Below, piece after piece: positions 60,823 through 64,000 of a DNA stretch of 64,000 bases. The stretch covers positions 1 to 64,000 of IMG/VR virus record IMGVR_UViG_3300032562_000003; one strand, given 5' to 3'. Both the position numbers and the translations under genes were made by a program. The notes below the pieces were generated by a model that was given only the letters and a program-made list of their open reading frames with translations, did no database searches and had not been told where the DNA came from. How positions within the stretch are numbered: position 1 is the stretch's first letter; each line of letters starts with the position of its first letter.

Positions 60823-61410
60823 TTATATAGTAGTATATATCGTCTTGTCCTTAACCCGTTGAGAAACAACAGCACCGTCAATCCAAACAGGAGGCTCTCG
60901 ATTAGACCAGCGATGCAAGTCTTTCTTACCTTTGTTGTAATAATTTCGATAGTTGACGATAGGATCATCACTGATAATAAATTCGACAGCCATGCAAGAC
61001 GGCATTTTAGTCATTGCGTTTCGGCGCAAGTTCGTTGGGGTAGTCTCAAGAATCCGAGCTACGCTTTTCATAGTAGAATGCTGCTTGCCATAACGATGAG
61101 TATACTCATCACCTAATGCGATCAAATGTGCATGTAGCCACTTGTAATTATCCAATGATTCCCGGGCCCAAACAGCAGACGGGTGATTTGCGTGGGTACT
61201 TTTGTACAGATGATCCTCGCGGCTATCTGATAGAACATATCGCTTAATGTTACGGCCTCGGGCCGTCTTTTGAGCTTCCTGAACCCCGTCGAGCATACGA
61301 TGGGCAGTTGATAGCAATTGTGCTGTCTCGATGATCATTTTGACCACGTGCCGATCGACCATAGACTGCGCAGCAAGCTTGGGATCAGAGTTTACATAGA
61401 AAATGTTAAT
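60823..61410 (-). CDS. DenV-like pyrimidine-dimer DNA glycosylase family protein, apparent ATT start
   Basis: (M)NIFY...P..AA....D.HVVKMI.E.AQLLSTAH, H.NHPS..W, Y..RYGK.H; GGAG RBS before ATT. Confidence 0.75.
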   Translation of the reverse strand: MNIFYVNSDPKLAAQSMVDRHVVKMIIETAQLLSTAHRMLDGVQEAQKTARGRNIKRYVLSDSREDHLYKSTHANHPSAVWARESLDNYKWLHAHLIALGDEYTHRYGKQHSTMKSVARILETTPTNLRRNAMTKMPSCMAVEFIISDDPIVNYRNYYNKGKKDLHRWSNREPPVWIDGAVVSQRVKDKTIYTTI

Positions 61411-61463
61411 CGTACTTCTCCAGATGAATGATAAATAGTTTATACTTAACAATGGGATTATAT

Positions 61464-62666
61464 ATGGACATTCGTAGAATTATAGACATAATAAATGAAA
61501 ACACCGGAGAAGTCAAGGGAACACCTCCGTTTTCGGATAACTTGAATGTCATGACGTTGGGACAGTTTCTAAACATGTCAGGAATCCTCACTCCAGATGA
61601 GAAAGAGGAAGAGGTTGACGAAGCAAAACTAGATGCGACCGCGAGACCTTTTGGCAAAGAGGAAATGACAAAGTACCTCGATACAATCACAAGCAAAACT
61701 AAAGGCAAAGCAGATAAGTATAAAAAGCCATATATTCATGGTAGTAACATTCCTATTGTTGGTGAAGGCGGCGAAAAATACGATCTAAAGAAACTACGTT
61801 CAGATATCACTAAGAGGCCAGCCAAAGTACTCAAGCAGAACGAAAAGATGCAACACAGTGATGGTACTGCAAGCGTCTTCTACAATGTAGGTCTGCCTGC
61901 GCTTAAAGGCTTAGCGGTCGATGAAGACAACGGAGAATTCGTAATCATCGACACTTGTCCGGGTGCGGGTGCATGTCAAACATATTGTTACGCTATGAAG
62001 GGCGGCTACATACAATGGAAGAATGTATCGATGGACCAGTCACAGCTTTTAAACTTCCTCTATAATGATCCATCAGGATTTATGGACATGATGGGTAGTG
62101 AAATTGAAGCAGCAGACAAAAAGTTTAACAAGAAAGACAAGAAGACCAAACTAGTAATTCGTTGGCACGACGCAGGTGACTTCTTCTCTCCACAATATCT
62201 TGCAATGGCATATTCACTAGCTAAAAAGTATCCTAAAGTAGACTTCTATGCTTACACAAAATTAGCATCGGTTGCTAAATCAGAAAAGCCTGATAACTTC
62301 AAGATTAACTATTCAATGGGTGCAAAACCTTCTCAAGAAAAAGAAATCGATTTTGCTGTTACTAAAAACAGTAGAGTTGTTCCTCGTGAATTATTCACTG
62401 ATCTTATTGCTAAAGACGGAGCAAAACTACTGAAGGACGCCAAAGGTCGTATGCAGTTCAAAACAAAACAGGATCTCAAGGCATTCAAAGAACGCCTTGC
62501 TGCAAAATACAGTGTAGATCCAAAGTCAATACTAACATACGATGAAATGATGTCAACCCCAGTTAGTTCCGAAAAAAACAAGTACAACGTGATCGTCATG
62601 CCGGGAGACGGTGACGACTCTGCAAACAGAAGTGACGTTCTAAACAGCTTCCTGCTAATGCACTAA
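61464..62666 (+). CDS. Gp88-like Cys-cluster protein, putative internal head protein
   Basis: TCPGAGACQTYCYA, RWHDAGDF, FYAYTK; N-terminus MDIRRIIDIINE; late promoter. Confidence 0.65.
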   Translation: MDIRRIIDIINENTGEVKGTPPFSDNLNVMTLGQFLNMSGILTPDEKEEEVDEAKLDATARPFGKEEMTKYLDTITSKTKGKADKYKKPYIHGSNIPIVGEGGEKYDLKKLRSDITKRPAKVLKQNEKMQHSDGTASVFYNVGLPALKGLAVDEDNGEFVIIDTCPGAGACQTYCYAMKGGYIQWKNVSMDQSQLLNFLYNDPSGFMDMMGSEIEAADKKFNKKDKKTKLVIRWHDAGDFFSPQYLAMAYSLAKKYPKVDFYAYTKLASVAKSEKPDNFKINYSMGAKPSQEKEIDFAVTKNSRVVPRELFTDLIAKDGAKLLKDAKGRMQFKTKQDLKAFKERLAAKYSVDPKSILTYDEMMSTPVSSEKNKYNVIVMPGDGDDSANRSDVLNSFLLMH

Positions 62667-64000
62667 AATTCAAATAAATCTAGGCCCGATAGTTCTTTCT
62701 TAGGTTCGAACATCGGGTCTTTTGTTAAGTATGTATCGTTATCCGTATAGATAACTCTGAACTTATGCTTATTGGTTAGAACAGACTTTATGTCATCGAT
62801 GCAGATTATCTTTCTACCTAAATCTTTTATAAAATCAGCATACTTTACAGTGGTTTCATTGCATATCTTAGCAGTGCTATTGTTTGACTTCTTTTCAACA
62901 AAGTTATTGATACAGTTACTCCAGCTGTGAAATACCGTTGATTCCATAGCTATAGCATTGGATAGTGATCCTACTTGATACCAATCATTTGCAGTAGGGT
63001 ACTTTTCATAAGCAACTATGATGTCATTAGCCATCGTTTTCTTATTGGTTTCAAAAAAGAATTTCTTGTTAAAGTTATTAGTCCATCGCTGATTTTCAAG
63101 CACAAATGTAGGTAATTGTATGTGCTGTTCATAAAAAGCCATGCCATAGCTTTCTACGGTGCTAGGATTAAATGCTATCCTAGACCCTGAAATGAAATCT
63201 ACTTTTTCTTGTCCTATGATCCCTACCTTAATTTCGTATTTGGCATTGATAGTTTTCAGACGATCTTCAAACTTCTTAGCGCCGGTGGCACTGGTCATGA
63301 TACGGGCCGGCAGTTTAACCTGATTTATCAATTCTATAAAAAGTTCGGGCTGTTTTCCGTCTTCCCATCTACCTACAAATAAAATACCCTCGCGAGGTCC
63401 GCTGTATTTTTCGAGCAATCCTTTTTCTGATATAGGAATAGGTAGATACTCTGCGTTAGAGAATGTCGATTGATTAAACCTACTTTGTGTTCCAATAGTA
63501 AGGCTATTCAACTGTAACTGCTCACGCATCATTTCATTGACACTGTCCAAAAAAGGATTTTTAGTATCTTTAAAAATCTGTGATTCTAGGTGAGTGTAAG
63601 CGATATTTTGAATACAATCAGATAATCCTAATGCGGCGGCAACTTGTATAGTTTCATAGGTGTTGCATACAAATGCGTCATAGATGTTAGTTGTTAATGC
63701 TTTAACGATTGCATCTCTAAAGTTAGCCATGCGTTCATAACAATAGCTATCTTCATACATAAAAATTGCACTGTGATCAGTGTATTGAAGCGGAACCTTA
63801 GGATAAATTACATTAACCTTAAGCTCTTTAACAAAATCTTCTGCAAGACCCTGTGGAACTTTATCTGTAATGATATCAACTTTTATGCCATGACTACTCA
63901 TCATTTCACAGAAACTCTTTGCGAATTGTCCAATTCCACCATGCGGAATTAGGGTCTGTGAACTAACCAAAAAGCCAATTCTGTGAGTATATAAGTTCAT
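62663..64000 (-). CDS. GT-B (family 4) glycosyltransferase
   Basis: GGIG, LFVGR...K, ESYGMAFYE. Confidence 0.8.
   Translation of the reverse strand: MNLYTHRIGFLVSSQTLIPHGGIGQFAKSFCEMMSSHGIKVDIITDKVPQGLAEDFVKELKVNVIYPKVPLQYTDHSAIFMYEDSYCYERMANFRDAIVKALTTNIYDAFVCNTYETIQVAAALGLSDCIQNIAYTHLESQIFKDTKNPFLDSVNEMMREQLQLNSLTIGTQSRFNQSTFSNAEYLPIPISEKGLLEKYSGPREGILFVGRWEDGKQPELFIELINQVKLPARIMTSATGAKKFEDRLKTINAKYEIKVGIIGQEKVDFISGSRIAFNPSTVESYGMAFYEQHIQLPTFVLENQRWTNNFNKKFFFETNKKTMANDIIVAYEKYPTANDWYQVGSLSNAIAMESTVFHSWSNCINNFVEKKSNNSTAKICNETTVKYADFIKDLGRKIICIDDIKSVLTNKHKFRVIYTDNDTYLTKDPMFEPKKELSGLDLFEF

Overview
This 64-kb window comes from a large, T4-style tailed (probably jumbo) bacteriophage genome. 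TAAATA late promoters precede structural and late genes, and TTGAC-N17-TAnnnT sigma70-type promoters precede dense arrays of small early genes. The host-like genes (ClpP, ClpX, ClpS, IbpA-type Hsp20 with a ROSE-like leader, SleB-type hydrolase, phasin-like protein, DUF4337-like membrane protein) suggest a proteobacterial, probably alphaproteobacterial, host; this is inference. Contents: five tRNA genes, several atypical; a ~380-nt highly structured ncRNA (GOLLD-like candidate) and other structured RNAs; four free-standing endonuclease genes, two sharing a covarying leader RNA; a fibre/virion gene block; DNA ligase, RNase H-type flap nuclease, dCMP deaminase, a DenV-like glycosylase with an apparent AUU start, SOD, IF-1, a YafQ-like toxin pair and a glycosyltransferase. 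The best candidate for an undescribed system is a late operon at 54.7-58.4 kb. It encodes a subtilisin fused to a Cys-rich peptide and an S74 autocleaving chaperone, a small Cys-rich metal-binding protein, a PP-loop ATPase and a GNAT acyltransferase, with relic paralogues of three of these components at 1-1290 and 7877-8326. Other highlights: a T4-like capsid-targeting N-terminal motif on several enzymes, three paralogous repeat proteins with hypervariable codons, an ArfA-like small ORF, a DGQH/ParB-nuclease cassette with a 35-bp duplication scar, and several deletion or frameshift scars. All assignments come from reading motifs by eye; no database searches were run.
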